Shown piece after piece: positions 38,870 to 48,106 of a stretch of 64,000 nucleotides of DNA. This stretch comes from an uncultured Gemmatimonadota bacterium (lineage in GTDB: Bacteria > JAAXHH01), in contig OX638340.1 of NCBI GenBank assembly GCA_951812955.1, forward strand, positions 1,216,001-1,280,000, given 5' to 3'. The translations under genes were made by a program, and so were the position numbers. The notes under the pieces were generated by a model. The model made no database searches. It worked only from the letters and a program-made list of their open reading frames with translations, and was not told where the DNA came from. Each line of letters begins with the position of its first letter. The stretch's first letter is position 1.

Positions 38870-40714
38870 ATGAACGGCAAGAGACCCAACGTCATACTGG
38901 TTATCACTGACGACCAGGGATACGGGGACCTGGGTTGTACGGGCCACCCCTGGTTGAGGACGCCAAGTATCGATGCATTTCACCGCGACGCGGTCCGCCT
39001 TGCGGATTTCCACGTTTCGCCTCTGTGTACGCCGACGCGCGGAGCCTTGATGACGGGACGGCGACCCGTACGAAACGGCGCATGGGCGACCTGCTGGGGA
39101 CGGTCCATCCTACGGAAGTCCGAGACGACCATGGCGGACGTTTTCAGCGAGGCCGGGTACCGAACCGCCATGTTCGGAAAGTGGCACCTGGGCGACAACT
39201 ATCCCTATCGTCCCCAGGACCGGGGATTCCGGCACGTGGTGGCCCACAAGGGCGGGGGCGTGGGACAGACGCCCGATTTCTGGGGCAACAATTACTTCGA
39301 CGACACCTATTTCCAAAACGGGGAGCCCGTGGAACACGCCGGATACTGCACGGACGTGTGGTTCGACGAGGCGATCCGTTTCATCGAGGGGTGCGCGGCC
39401 GGCCGGTCCGCCGGTTCGTCGCCAGCGCAGAGGCAGCGCCAGGAAGCATCCCCGGCCAGTCCGAACGGAGCGGACAGAGCGGACAGTCCGAACGGAGCGG
39501 ACGGAGCGGACGAGCCGTTCTTCGTTTATCTGGCAACCAACGCACCGCACACCCCTTATCTCGTGTCCGAGGAATACGCCCATCCGTACCAGGGTATTCA
39601 AGATATACCGGAACCCGAGTTCTGCGGAATGATCGCGAACATCGACGAGAATTTCGGCCGACTGCGGCGTACGCTGGCACAACTGGGTCTGGAAGAAAAC
39701 ACCATCCTGGTCTTCATGACCGACAACGGGAGCTCCGGTGGCAGTGAACTCGATGAAAACCAGCACGCGGTGCGAGGTTACAACGCGGGGATGCGGGGCA
39801 AGAAGGGCTCCTACTACGACGGCGGTCATCGCGTGCCCTTCTTCCTTCGCTGGCCTGGAGGCGGTCTCGGGGGAGGACGTGACGTGGACGAGATGACCCT
39901 CCACGTAGACATCCTGCCGACACTCGTCGCGTTGTGCGGGTTGGACGAACCCGATGTGGACTTCGACGGGGTCAGTGTGGCGCCGCTACTTCGTGGTGAG
40001 CGGTCGGGCCTGCCCGGCGACCGGGTGCACTTTCTTCAGTACCGGCAGGATACCGTGCCTCCGGAGAAATGGACCAGCGCGGTCATGACCCGACGTTGGC
40101 GGCTGGTGCGGGGAAAGGAACTGTACGATATCAAGGCCGATCCGGGACAGTGGTGTGATGTCGCCCGGGAGCATCCCGACGTGGTGGACCGGCTGCGATG
40201 TAATCACGACGCCTGGTGGGACGAGATATCACCCGGTCTCGATGTGTATTGCCCCATCGAACTGGGAAGCCCCGCCGAGAATCCCACCCGCCTCTGCGCC
40301 ATGGACGTCCTTGGCGACGTGGCCTGGCACCAGACCCATATTGCCCGGGCACAGGAGAGCAGCGGGACCTGGGCCGTCGAGATCGAAAGGCCGGCCCGCT
40401 ACCGGTTCAATCTTCGCCGGTGGCCCGCCGAACGCGAGCTTGCGATCGACGGCGTGATACCGCCGGACGAGGCGCGCCGCCTTATCTATGCGCCTGAAGA
40501 TGCGGGCGCGCTGGCCATTCAGCCCGTCGAAGCACGCCTGTCCCTGTTCGGTCAAACACACCGCATGACAGTGAGTAAAGGCGATACGGCCGTCGAATTC
40601 ACCCTCGAAATCACACATACGGGTGTGACGAACCTGGAAGCCTCCTTCGTCGACGTGACCGGAGATGCCAGGGGAGCGTTCTATGTGGATGTCGAGCGGC
40701 TGGATGAGGTTTAG
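38870..40714 (+). CDS. Arylsulfatase (formylglycine-dependent sulfatase family) with low-complexity insertion
   Basis: VILVITDDQGYGD, CTPTRGALMTGR and GKWHLG are present. No signal peptide. It contains an in-frame 2 x 27-bp duplication encoding SPNGADRAD SPNGADGAD. Confidence 0.85.
   Translation: MNGKRPNVILVITDDQGYGDLGCTGHPWLRTPSIDAFHRDAVRLADFHVSPLCTPTRGALMTGRRPVRNGAWATCWGRSILRKSETTMADVFSEAGYRTAMFGKWHLGDNYPYRPQDRGFRHVVAHKGGGVGQTPDFWGNNYFDDTYFQNGEPVEHAGYCTDVWFDEAIRFIEGCAAGRSAGSSPAQRQRQEASPASPNGADRADSPNGADGADEPFFVYLATNAPHTPYLVSEEYAHPYQGIQDIPEPEFCGMIANIDENFGRLRRTLAQLGLEENTILVFMTDNGSSGGSELDENQHAVRGYNAGMRGKKGSYYDGGHRVPFFLRWPGGGLGGGRDVDEMTLHVDILPTLVALCGLDEPDVDFDGVSVAPLLRGERSGLPGDRVHFLQYRQDTVPPEKWTSAVMTRRWRLVRGKELYDIKADPGQWCDVAREHPDVVDRLRCNHDAWWDEISPGLDVYCPIELGSPAENPTRLCAMDVLGDVAWHQTHIARAQESSGTWAVEIERPARYRFNLRRWPAERELAIDGVIPPDEARRLIYAPEDAGALAIQPVEARLSLFGQTHRMTVSKGDTAVEFTLEITHTGVTNLEASFVDVTGDARGAFYVDVERLDEV
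39458..39511 (+). repeat. In-frame 2 x 27-bp tandem duplication inside the sulfatase gene
   Basis: agtccgaacggagcggacagagcggac is followed by agtccgaacggagcggacggagcggac. Confidence 0.8.
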
Positions 40715-40774
40715 AGCCGGCCTGCTGTTCGACTATCTGTGGCTCGGATCGAATGTGAAACCGAAGCGTAAGAC

Positions 40775-41713
40775 CTAAGCCGTCACCCCGTGACGGATGC
40801 CAAGCGCCCCGGAGAACCTTTCGATGGAAGTCGCCAGCCCGTCGATCAGTCCCTCGTCAAAGGCTGTCAACCTGGCGTCCGTAGATCGGCAGCGCGTGGT
40901 GATGGGCAATCCGACGCGTTGCAGGTACCGCTTGCAGGTCACGAGGTACTTGTTGTTCACGACCGGCGCCAGGGCAGTCATCATCCGTTGTACCTCCTCC
41001 GCCGTTTCCGGCTGTCCGTCATATTCCGCGCACAGCCAGGAGAACAGTTCGGGAAACACGTTGGCGGCAACGGGCGAAATGCCCGCGGCGCCGTGGCGCA
41101 GCCCCTCGAGACCGGTTTCGAAATGGGCGTTGTAGACACCGAGCCGCGTAGACCTTACAGCGTCGATCTTCCGCCTTAGTATATCGATATTGCAGGCGGT
41201 ATCCTTGTGATATAGGAACCTGTCTGTGCTGCCGAAATGACCGAAGAGACCGGGCGAAATGAGCCGGTGATAGGGCGTTGGACATTCGTAGAGACCCAGC
41301 GGGACAGGGTCGGTCAGTTCGAGCAACCGCTCCATATTCCGTTTAAGCACTTCCTCGCTCTCGTCCCGGCCGGCCAGCAGGCAAACGATGACGACTACCG
41401 CGTCCACGCCCGTACCGGCCATGCGCCGGACGAAATCGGCCTGGCCGTCGACCGGACCGCCGAAGGTGCCAGTCGCGACCACCGGTACCCGTCCGCCGGC
41501 CCGCTGTACGACGCGGCGGGTCACCTCCAGGCGTTCGTCATCGTCCAGGTGAAACATCTCGCTTGAACCACAGCAGGCAAAGAGTCCGGCCGATCCTCTT
41601 TCGATGTACCAGTCGGTCAGGGCATCCACGCCCCGCCAGTCGATGGATCCGTCTTCGTGAAAGGCGTTGAGCATCACCGGCCAGAGGCCGCGTGGCAGTT
41701 TATTCATAGACAT
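40775..41713 (-). CDS. Dihydrodipicolinate synthase/N-acetylneuraminate lyase (DapA-like class I aldolase) family protein
   Basis: Start trimmed to ATG 41713 (MSMNKLPRGLWPVMLNAF...). It has the DHDPS-family TIM-barrel pattern with a conserved Lys region, but an atypical GTTGE-equivalent motif (CCGSSE). Confidence 0.55.
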   Translation of the reverse strand: MSMNKLPRGLWPVMLNAFHEDGSIDWRGVDALTDWYIERGSAGLFACCGSSEMFHLDDDERLEVTRRVVQRAGGRVPVVATGTFGGPVDGQADFVRRMAGTGVDAVVVIVCLLAGRDESEEVLKRNMERLLELTDPVPLGLYECPTPYHRLISPGLFGHFGSTDRFLYHKDTACNIDILRRKIDAVRSTRLGVYNAHFETGLEGLRHGAAGISPVAANVFPELFSWLCAEYDGQPETAEEVQRMMTALAPVVNNKYLVTCKRYLQRVGLPITTRCRSTDARLTAFDEGLIDGLATSIERFSGALGIRHGVTA

Positions 41714-41996
41714 GGCGTGGCGTCCTGAGTGGACAGGGCATGGTTCGATTGACTGGAATGAGTTCGCGGTCCAGGGATCATATCCTTTAATCGTCCTCGG
41801 TGTCAAGAATAACCGTACCGAAACAAACGGCCGGACGAACGCCGGTTTTGATTGGCCAGGCACGCGGCGTAGTCCTTTACACCCAACGGCGTCGAAGGTA
41901 TATTTTCGGGTAGCGATCCTGGTATCGCATGGGCGTTTCCAACCCCATTCACAATGACGAATCCGCCATATTTCCGTTCAAAATCGAAAGAAAGCC

Positions 41997-43289
41997 ATGT
42001 CCGTTCTCGGCCTTACCTGTACCCGTTGCGATGCCCAGTATCCACTGGGACCCATGTTCTTCGGTTGTCCCGCTTGCGCTGACGGCCCGGATCGCGGCAC
42101 TGACGACCCCGGTCATGGCGCGGTCGACCTCGGTCGCGGCGCGGCTGCCTTGACCGTGACCTATGACTACCAGGCGATCGCCGCCGAACTGAACGTGGAG
42201 AACTGGAACCGGGCGGGGCACGGCATCTGGCGGTTCGATGCCCTCCTTCCAATTCGGGATCCGTCTGTTCAGATTTCTCTTGGCGAGGGGAACACGGCCC
42301 TTGTGCGGCCCAGGAAAGTCTGCGAAGCGACCGGGTTGTCGAATCTGTTCATAAAGAACGAAACGACCAATCCCACCTGGGCCTTCAAGGACCGCTTCCA
42401 CGCTTCCTCGGTCTCCATGGCGAAGTCCCTGGGCTTCTCCCGGATTACGGCCAGCACCACGGGCAATCACGGCGCTTCGGCCGCGGCCTATGCCGCTGCC
42501 GCGGAGATGGATTCATGCATCATCCTGTGCCACCCGGAATCATCCATGCTCCAGCGGGACATGATCGCCCTGTACGGTGGTCACGCCTTCGTGCTGGAGA
42601 ACCGGTTCAAGTACCTGGACACGCTGATCCGGGATCATGGCTACTATCCCTCCACGACCATGACGCCGATGCCCACCGGTACGCCCTACGGTATCGAGGG
42701 CTACAAGACCATTGCGTTCGAGATCTTCGTACAGCTCGGTGGCCACGTTCCCGACCGTATGTTCTGTCCGATCGCCGCCGGTGATGCGCTTTTCGGTCCG
42801 TGGAAGGGGTTCAACGAGATGCGCCTGCTCGATCTGTCTGATCGGAATCCGGTCATGCACGGTGTCCAGCCGGCGGGATGCAATCCCTACGTACAGTCGT
42901 TCCAGCAGAGACGCAGGGACGTGATCGTCCATCCGGATCCGAGTTCCATCGCCCTTTCCATTCGCGACGACACCGGCGGCCCCTCGGCGCTGCGGGCCAT
43001 ATACGATTCAGGTGGCGACGCGACCGACGTTACCGAAGACGAGATCATCGAGGCGGTGCGCCTGCTCGCGCACAGCGGGTACCTGGTAGAACCCTCCTCG
43101 GCGGCGTCCGTTGCTGGAGCGATCAAGGCGGCCCGGGCGGGTCGACTCGCCCCGGATGAGACCGTCGTCTGCCTGGTCACCGGATCGGGCGCCAAGTGGC
43201 CGGAGGTCATGGCCGAACTCTCCAGTCGAGAAGCGCTCGTCGAGCCCACGTGGGATGAGATCAAGGCGCGGGCAGGCCTCGACGGCTGA
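41997..43289 (+). CDS. Threonine synthase-like PLP enzyme (fold-type II) with N-terminal zinc-ribbon
   Basis: N-terminal CTRCDAQY...CPAC. FKDR supplies the PLP lysine, and GNHGAS and the glycine-rich GSGAK loop are present. Confidence 0.65.
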   Translation: MSVLGLTCTRCDAQYPLGPMFFGCPACADGPDRGTDDPGHGAVDLGRGAAALTVTYDYQAIAAELNVENWNRAGHGIWRFDALLPIRDPSVQISLGEGNTALVRPRKVCEATGLSNLFIKNETTNPTWAFKDRFHASSVSMAKSLGFSRITASTTGNHGASAAAYAAAAEMDSCIILCHPESSMLQRDMIALYGGHAFVLENRFKYLDTLIRDHGYYPSTTMTPMPTGTPYGIEGYKTIAFEIFVQLGGHVPDRMFCPIAAGDALFGPWKGFNEMRLLDLSDRNPVMHGVQPAGCNPYVQSFQQRRRDVIVHPDPSSIALSIRDDTGGPSALRAIYDSGGDATDVTEDEIIEAVRLLAHSGYLVEPSSAASVAGAIKAARAGRLAPDETVVCLVTGSGAKWPEVMAELSSREALVEPTWDEIKARAGLDG

Positions 43290-43302
43290 CCACTGCAATA
43301 GC

Positions 43303-45816
43303 ATGGCAATGACCACAACCCTTTATATGCTCGCCGACGACCTCGCCGGCGCTCACGACGTGGCGGTTCCCTTCGCGAAGCGCAACTTCGCCGTGGCCGT
43401 ACTGTCCGATCCGAACCGCCTGGATCGATTCGATTCCGCCGACCTGGTTGTGCTGAACACGAACACCCGTTCCTGCAGCGAGTCGGAAGCCGCGGAACGA
43501 GTCGGCGCGGCCTGCGAAGCGGTACGGGTGCGTAACGGTTCGATTATCTACAAGAAGATCGACTCGACCCTGAGGGGGCATGTCGGCCTCGAAATCGACC
43601 TGGTGAGCGAAATGATGGACTTCAATCTGGCCGTATGCGCACCGGCTTTCCCGGAACTCGGAAGGACCACGGTGGGCGGTTATCAACTGCTCCGCGGCAT
43701 GCCCGTCAGCGGCGCGGACATGGCGGGACCCGACATTCCACCGCAACATGCTTTCATTCCGGATCTACTGCATACCGGCTCCGGCAGGAAGACCGTCCTC
43801 GTCGACTTGAAGACCGTCCAGGAAGGCGCGACGGCCATTCGTGAAGCAGTCGCCTGTTTCAGGGCGGTGCCGGGGACCAGGATAGTGGTGGACATGGCAG
43901 ATCCAACGTGCTGGAACGGGCTGCTGGACGCGGTCCTTGAAAACAGCGTGGTGTCGGCCAGGAGTGGATCTCCAGCGGCCGCCACGGCCACTACGCTGCT
44001 CTGCGGCTCAGGTGGAATGGCCGCCGCGCTCGCCGACAGGTTCGCATCCGCACGGGGTCAGCGGGCGTCGTCAACGACCCTGAAGCCGCGCTTCGATAGC
44101 GTTTCCCCGGAATCCAAAAGCCATCCTGTCCTAGTCTTCGCCTGCAGCCTGCACGCCACGACCGCTCGCCAGGTCGAGCAGGTCAGCGGCCGGGACTCGG
44201 TGGTGACCTGCCCCTTCGATCCCCTGTTGATTGTGGACGAAGGGTCCCGGAACGACGAGGTGGATCGACTGGCAGCACGCGTCGCTGAGGTCCTTGCGAA
44301 TGGACGGAACGCCGTCGTAACACCTGTTCGCCCCGGGCGCGGGGGGCGGCGGGCGTGGCTTGAGAGGTTGTCGGCGGCAACAGCCGGCCGCGATCCCGCG
44401 TCTGCAGTCATCGAGAACCTGGGAGAAGTCGCACGCAGACTGTTAACGAGCGTTCGCCCGGAGGGTCTCATACTCACGGGAGGGGAAACCGCCTGCAGCG
44501 TATTTCACGAACTGAACGCGGATGGCGCCTGGGTCCTCGAAGAGATGGATACCGGCGTTGGCCTGGCCGCTGTCGCGGGTGGTCCCCACGATGGAATGGG
44601 TCTGGTCATTAAGCCCGGATCCTTCGGCGACGAGCGGACGCTGGTGCGGGCCATGGAACGGCTCAATTCGCGTTCCAGCGGCTCGCAGGCAGGCGGCGTC
44701 CGTGCCCGTACCGGCGAAAACAGCAGTGGTGCGGATGATCGGCCGGTTGTCGGGATCACCATGGGCGATCCGAACGGCGTGGGACCGGAAGTCATCGTAA
44801 AGATCCTGTCGCAGGAATGGGTCTACGAACTGTGCCGGCCGCTCGTCATCGGGCATGATGAAGTAATCCGCCGGGTCCTCCCGTTGGCACGGACGGGCTC
44901 CTCCAACGGCTGCGATGGCCGTGATACCGGTCCATGCCTCGGAATCCGCCGGGTCGACCGTCCAGGAAACGGCCGGTACCGCCATGGCAAGGTGGACGTC
45001 ATGAACGCCTGGGAGGTGGAAATCGATAAACTTACTCCAGGCCAAGTACAATCCGAAGCCGGTCGTCTAGCCGTGGAATCCGTCAAGCTGGCCGCCCGCA
45101 TGGCGATGGAGGATGAAATCGACGCCGTGGTCACCGCGCCGATGAATAAGGAAGCCATGGGACTTGCCGGCTATGCCTTCGCCGGTCACACCGAATTGCT
45201 TGCCGAAGCCACCGGATCGGCGAAATTCCGGCTTTCGCTGGCCTTCGACGGGATCCTGGTCTCCCACGCGACGACCCACGTATCCCTGAGAGACGCCATC
45301 GACCGTCTTTCCGAGGAGGAAATCCTCGTCACCGTGGACCTGGTCGGCAACGCGCTGGTCGGCATGGGCGTGACCGCGCCCCGGATCGCCGTCTGCGGTC
45401 TGAATCCCCATGCGGGGGAGGGCGGTCTCTTTGGAGACGAGGAAATTCGGATCATCGAACCTGCGCTCGAAAAGGCACGCGAGAGAGCCGTCAACCGTGG
45501 TTGGCAAATTGTCGGCCCATTGCCGCCCGACACCGTGTTCATGCGGGCTCGAAAGGGCGATTTCGACGGGATCGTCGGCATGTACCACGACCAGGGCCAC
45601 ATTCCGGTCAAGGCCATCGCCTTCGACCGCGCGGTCAACGTGACGCTGGGCCTGCCTATCGTCCGCACTTCCGTGGACCACGGCACCGCATTTGATATCG
45701 CGGGCAGGGGCGTAGCCGACGCGGGCAACCTGGGCGAAGCGCTCAGGATGGCCGTGAAGCTGATCGGCGAACAGTGGTCCGTGGGAAACAGAACAGGAGG
45801 GGGTTCCGCGTCATGA
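43303..45816 (+). CDS. Fusion protein: four-carbon acid sugar kinase (DUF1537/OtnK family) N-terminal + PdxA-family 4-hydroxythreonine-4-phosphate dehydrogenase (PdxA2-like) C-terminal
   Basis: The N-terminus YMLADDLAGAHDVAV is a DUF1537 signature. The C-terminal half has VGITMGDPNGVGPEVI, PMNKEAMGLAGYAFAGHTELL and HGTAFDIAGRGVADAGNLGEAL, which are PdxA motifs. It is a single uninterrupted frame. The start was moved to ATG 43303 to avoid overlap with the upstream gene. Confidence 0.75.
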   Translation: MAMTTTLYMLADDLAGAHDVAVPFAKRNFAVAVLSDPNRLDRFDSADLVVLNTNTRSCSESEAAERVGAACEAVRVRNGSIIYKKIDSTLRGHVGLEIDLVSEMMDFNLAVCAPAFPELGRTTVGGYQLLRGMPVSGADMAGPDIPPQHAFIPDLLHTGSGRKTVLVDLKTVQEGATAIREAVACFRAVPGTRIVVDMADPTCWNGLLDAVLENSVVSARSGSPAAATATTLLCGSGGMAAALADRFASARGQRASSTTLKPRFDSVSPESKSHPVLVFACSLHATTARQVEQVSGRDSVVTCPFDPLLIVDEGSRNDEVDRLAARVAEVLANGRNAVVTPVRPGRGGRRAWLERLSAATAGRDPASAVIENLGEVARRLLTSVRPEGLILTGGETACSVFHELNADGAWVLEEMDTGVGLAAVAGGPHDGMGLVIKPGSFGDERTLVRAMERLNSRSSGSQAGGVRARTGENSSGADDRPVVGITMGDPNGVGPEVIVKILSQEWVYELCRPLVIGHDEVIRRVLPLARTGSSNGCDGRDTGPCLGIRRVDRPGNGRYRHGKVDVMNAWEVEIDKLTPGQVQSEAGRLAVESVKLAARMAMEDEIDAVVTAPMNKEAMGLAGYAFAGHTELLAEATGSAKFRLSLAFDGILVSHATTHVSLRDAIDRLSEEEILVTVDLVGNALVGMGVTAPRIAVCGLNPHAGEGGLFGDEEIRIIEPALEKARERAVNRGWQIVGPLPPDTVFMRARKGDFDGIVGMYHDQGHIPVKAIAFDRAVNVTLGLPIVRTSVDHGTAFDIAGRGVADAGNLGEALRMAVKLIGEQWSVGNRTGGGSAS

Positions 45817-47615
45817 AGTCCAAACACCTGGGCCGTGACGGACGGTCCAAGGACTCCGGCCCGAAGGACGCCGCCGGAAGCCATATTTTTTTGCCGAAAA
45901 AGTCTCCTGCCGCCGGCCTACGCCGTTCGTCCATCTCCGGCCGGTGGTATCCGGCTATCCTTGCGGCTGCCTTCCTGGGATGCGCGGGCGTGCTGGTCGC
46001 CCGAACCTTGCCGATGATCCCGCAGGGCGACGCCCCGGTCTTCAACTCCATCGGCAAGCAGTTGCCGCCCGATGCTGCGCCGCTCGAATTCCAGACCTAC
46101 CGGTTCATGCGCGACGAGCCCCGAAGCCTGGACGTCAGCGTCAATCTCTACGTGGGGCAGTGGAACGAGTTCCTCTTCGAGACCCTGGTCGCGAAGGACG
46201 AAAACGGCGACCTCATCCCGGCCGCGGCGGATCGCTGGGAGATCTCGCCCGACGGAAAAACCTGGACCTTCTTCCTGCGGAAAACGGGACGGTGGAGCGA
46301 CGGAAGGCCCGTCACGGCCCACGATTTCGTTTACACTTTCCGCCGTTCCCTGTCCTACGAGACGGCCAATCCATACGCCGCCTTCTACAGCGACATCGTG
46401 GGCGCAAAAACCTACAGCCAGACCCCTAACGCCGATCCCTCCATGCTGGGCGTCAGGGCGATCGACGACCATACGCTGACGGTCGAAACCACCCACCCGG
46501 CGCCCTACCTCGGCCTCATCCTTTCCGTCCCCACTTCCATGCCAGTGCCCCGGTGGCAGGTGGAAAAGCATGGTCCCAGATGGACCGAGGAAGGGAATTG
46601 CGTATCCAACTCGAGCTATCGATTGACGGAGTGGAAACATGGCAGCCACATGGATTTCGAACTCAATCCCCACTACGACGGTCCCATCAAGGGCTATGTG
46701 GAAAAAATAAACCGGGTATTCCGTCATCCGTCTACGGCCAACCTGCTCCCTTATGAAAACGACGAGGTGGGTTTTGCCGAGGTGCAGGCCAACGAATTGA
46801 TTCGCGTGCAGCGCGACCCCGGATTGCATGCGGAACTGATCTCGAATCCGACGGACGGCACGTGGTACATCTTCTTTAATACACGGCAACCGCCCTTCAG
46901 CGATGCCAGGGTCCGGCGCGCCATCGCCCGGGCCATCGATCGCGAGACGATCTGCCGCGTAGTGCTGCACGGCGCCGCGGTTCCCGCCTATTCCATGCTG
47001 CCGGTCACGTTCGACGCCCACGGCGACTACAGGGAGTTCCAGGAGTTCGATCCGTCAAAGGCGCGGGAACTCCTGGCCGATGCGGGGTATCCCGGCGGCC
47101 GTGGATTCCCCAGGATGGAGATGTGGCTCCGGCAGCCGAGGCCGGATATCAGGATGGTCGCGGAAGTGATCCAGGGCATGCTGAATGAGCACCTGGGCGT
47201 CGATATCACGTTCCGAAGCGCGGATTACCCGGTTTTCACCAATTACATGTTCAACTGGAACATCGATCTTGGACTGGTGCCCTTCTTCGGGGATTACCGC
47301 GATCCCAAGAACATGCTGGACATGATCTGGCGCCCCGGAACCCGCGGGCGCAGCCGACACGATTTCGAGCACACGGAATTCGAGGCGTTGCTGGACGCCG
47401 CGGATCAGGAAATAGATCCGGATAAACGGACCGGGATCTTCCGCCGGGCAGAGCGCATCCTGGTAGAGGAATCGGGAGCCGCTTTCGTCTTCCACCCCAT
47501 GGCCAATTCCCTGTTCAAGCCATGGCTCAGGGGACTCAAAACCAACCGATTCGGCGGAAAAACCGTGATCTTCACAGATTTATATATCGGCGAGGATTTT
47601 TCCGGGGCGAGGTAG
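45813..47615 (+). CDS. ABC transporter substrate-binding protein, family 5 (peptide/nickel/opine type), probable lipoprotein
   Basis: Its ATG overlaps the stop of the upstream gene (ATGA). The signal peptide has an AAAFLGC lipobox-like site. SBP_bac_5-like body. Confidence 0.75.
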   Translation: MKSKHLGRDGRSKDSGPKDAAGSHIFLPKKSPAAGLRRSSISGRWYPAILAAAFLGCAGVLVARTLPMIPQGDAPVFNSIGKQLPPDAAPLEFQTYRFMRDEPRSLDVSVNLYVGQWNEFLFETLVAKDENGDLIPAAADRWEISPDGKTWTFFLRKTGRWSDGRPVTAHDFVYTFRRSLSYETANPYAAFYSDIVGAKTYSQTPNADPSMLGVRAIDDHTLTVETTHPAPYLGLILSVPTSMPVPRWQVEKHGPRWTEEGNCVSNSSYRLTEWKHGSHMDFELNPHYDGPIKGYVEKINRVFRHPSTANLLPYENDEVGFAEVQANELIRVQRDPGLHAELISNPTDGTWYIFFNTRQPPFSDARVRRAIARAIDRETICRVVLHGAAVPAYSMLPVTFDAHGDYREFQEFDPSKARELLADAGYPGGRGFPRMEMWLRQPRPDIRMVAEVIQGMLNEHLGVDITFRSADYPVFTNYMFNWNIDLGLVPFFGDYRDPKNMLDMIWRPGTRGRSRHDFEHTEFEALLDAADQEIDPDKRTGIFRRAERILVEESGAAFVFHPMANSLFKPWLRGLKTNRFGGKTVIFTDLYIGEDFSGAR

Positions 47616-47687
47616 GACTTCGGGGCAGGGCGATGCAAGGCGAGCGAAGCGTCCCGAGGGGGACACTCGCCGCCATCAGGCCGCCGA

Positions 47688-47787
47688 TTACTTCTTCTTA
47701 TGCCTGTCGGCCCGCAAGCGTTTCTTGCGCTTATGGGTAGCGATCTTCGACCGCTTACGCTTCTTACCACTGGGCACGTCTGTCTCC
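47688..47787 (-). CDS. Small highly basic peptide (32 aa, VPSGKKRKRSKIATHKRKKRLRADRHKKK), possible bS22/THX-class ribosomal protein
   Basis: A GTG start is preceded by AAGGGAG seven nt upstream. It lies 8 bp downstream of the HU-family gene on the same strand and is extremely K/R-rich. Confidence 0.3.
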
Positions 47788-47794
47788 CTTTGTG

Positions 47795-48076
47795 TTAGTT
47801 TTCCTTCTGTACACGGTTTTTAAGATGATCTGACGGTTTGAAAACAGGCACCACGCACGGCGGGATCCTGATCCCCGTACCGGTCTTCGGATTGCGGGCG
47901 ACGCGCGCCTTCCTTTCCTTCACCTTGAATATACCGAATCCACGCAGTTCAATCTTCTCGCCCCTGCCTAGTGCCGACGAGATGGAATCCAGCAACGCGT
48001 TCAACACTTCAGCTGTGTCCACCTTGGTCATCCCCGTGGACTGCGCTATTCGTGCCACGATATCGGCCTTAGTCAT
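47795..48076 (-). CDS. HU-family DNA-binding protein (HU/IHF-like)
   Basis: 93 aa. GFGIFKVKERKARVARNPKTG is the characteristic HU beta-arm motif. Confidence 0.85.
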   Translation of the reverse strand: MTKADIVARIAQSTGMTKVDTAEVLNALLDSISSALGRGEKIELRGFGIFKVKERKARVARNPKTGTGIRIPPCVVPVFKPSDHLKNRVQKEN

Positions 48077-48106
48077 ACCATTCTCCTTGATCGTTGGTGT
48101 TGCCGT

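Noticed and set aside
43111-43302. N-terminal 64-aa extension of the 901-aa ORF (MLERSRRPGRVDSPRMRPSS...)
   Set aside because: It overlaps the 3' end of the threonine-synthase-like gene in another frame and is Arg/Ser-rich. The DUF1537 domain starts at the internal ATG 43303.
45918-47021. 367-aa minus-strand ORF
   Set aside because: It is antisense to the family-5 substrate-binding protein gene.
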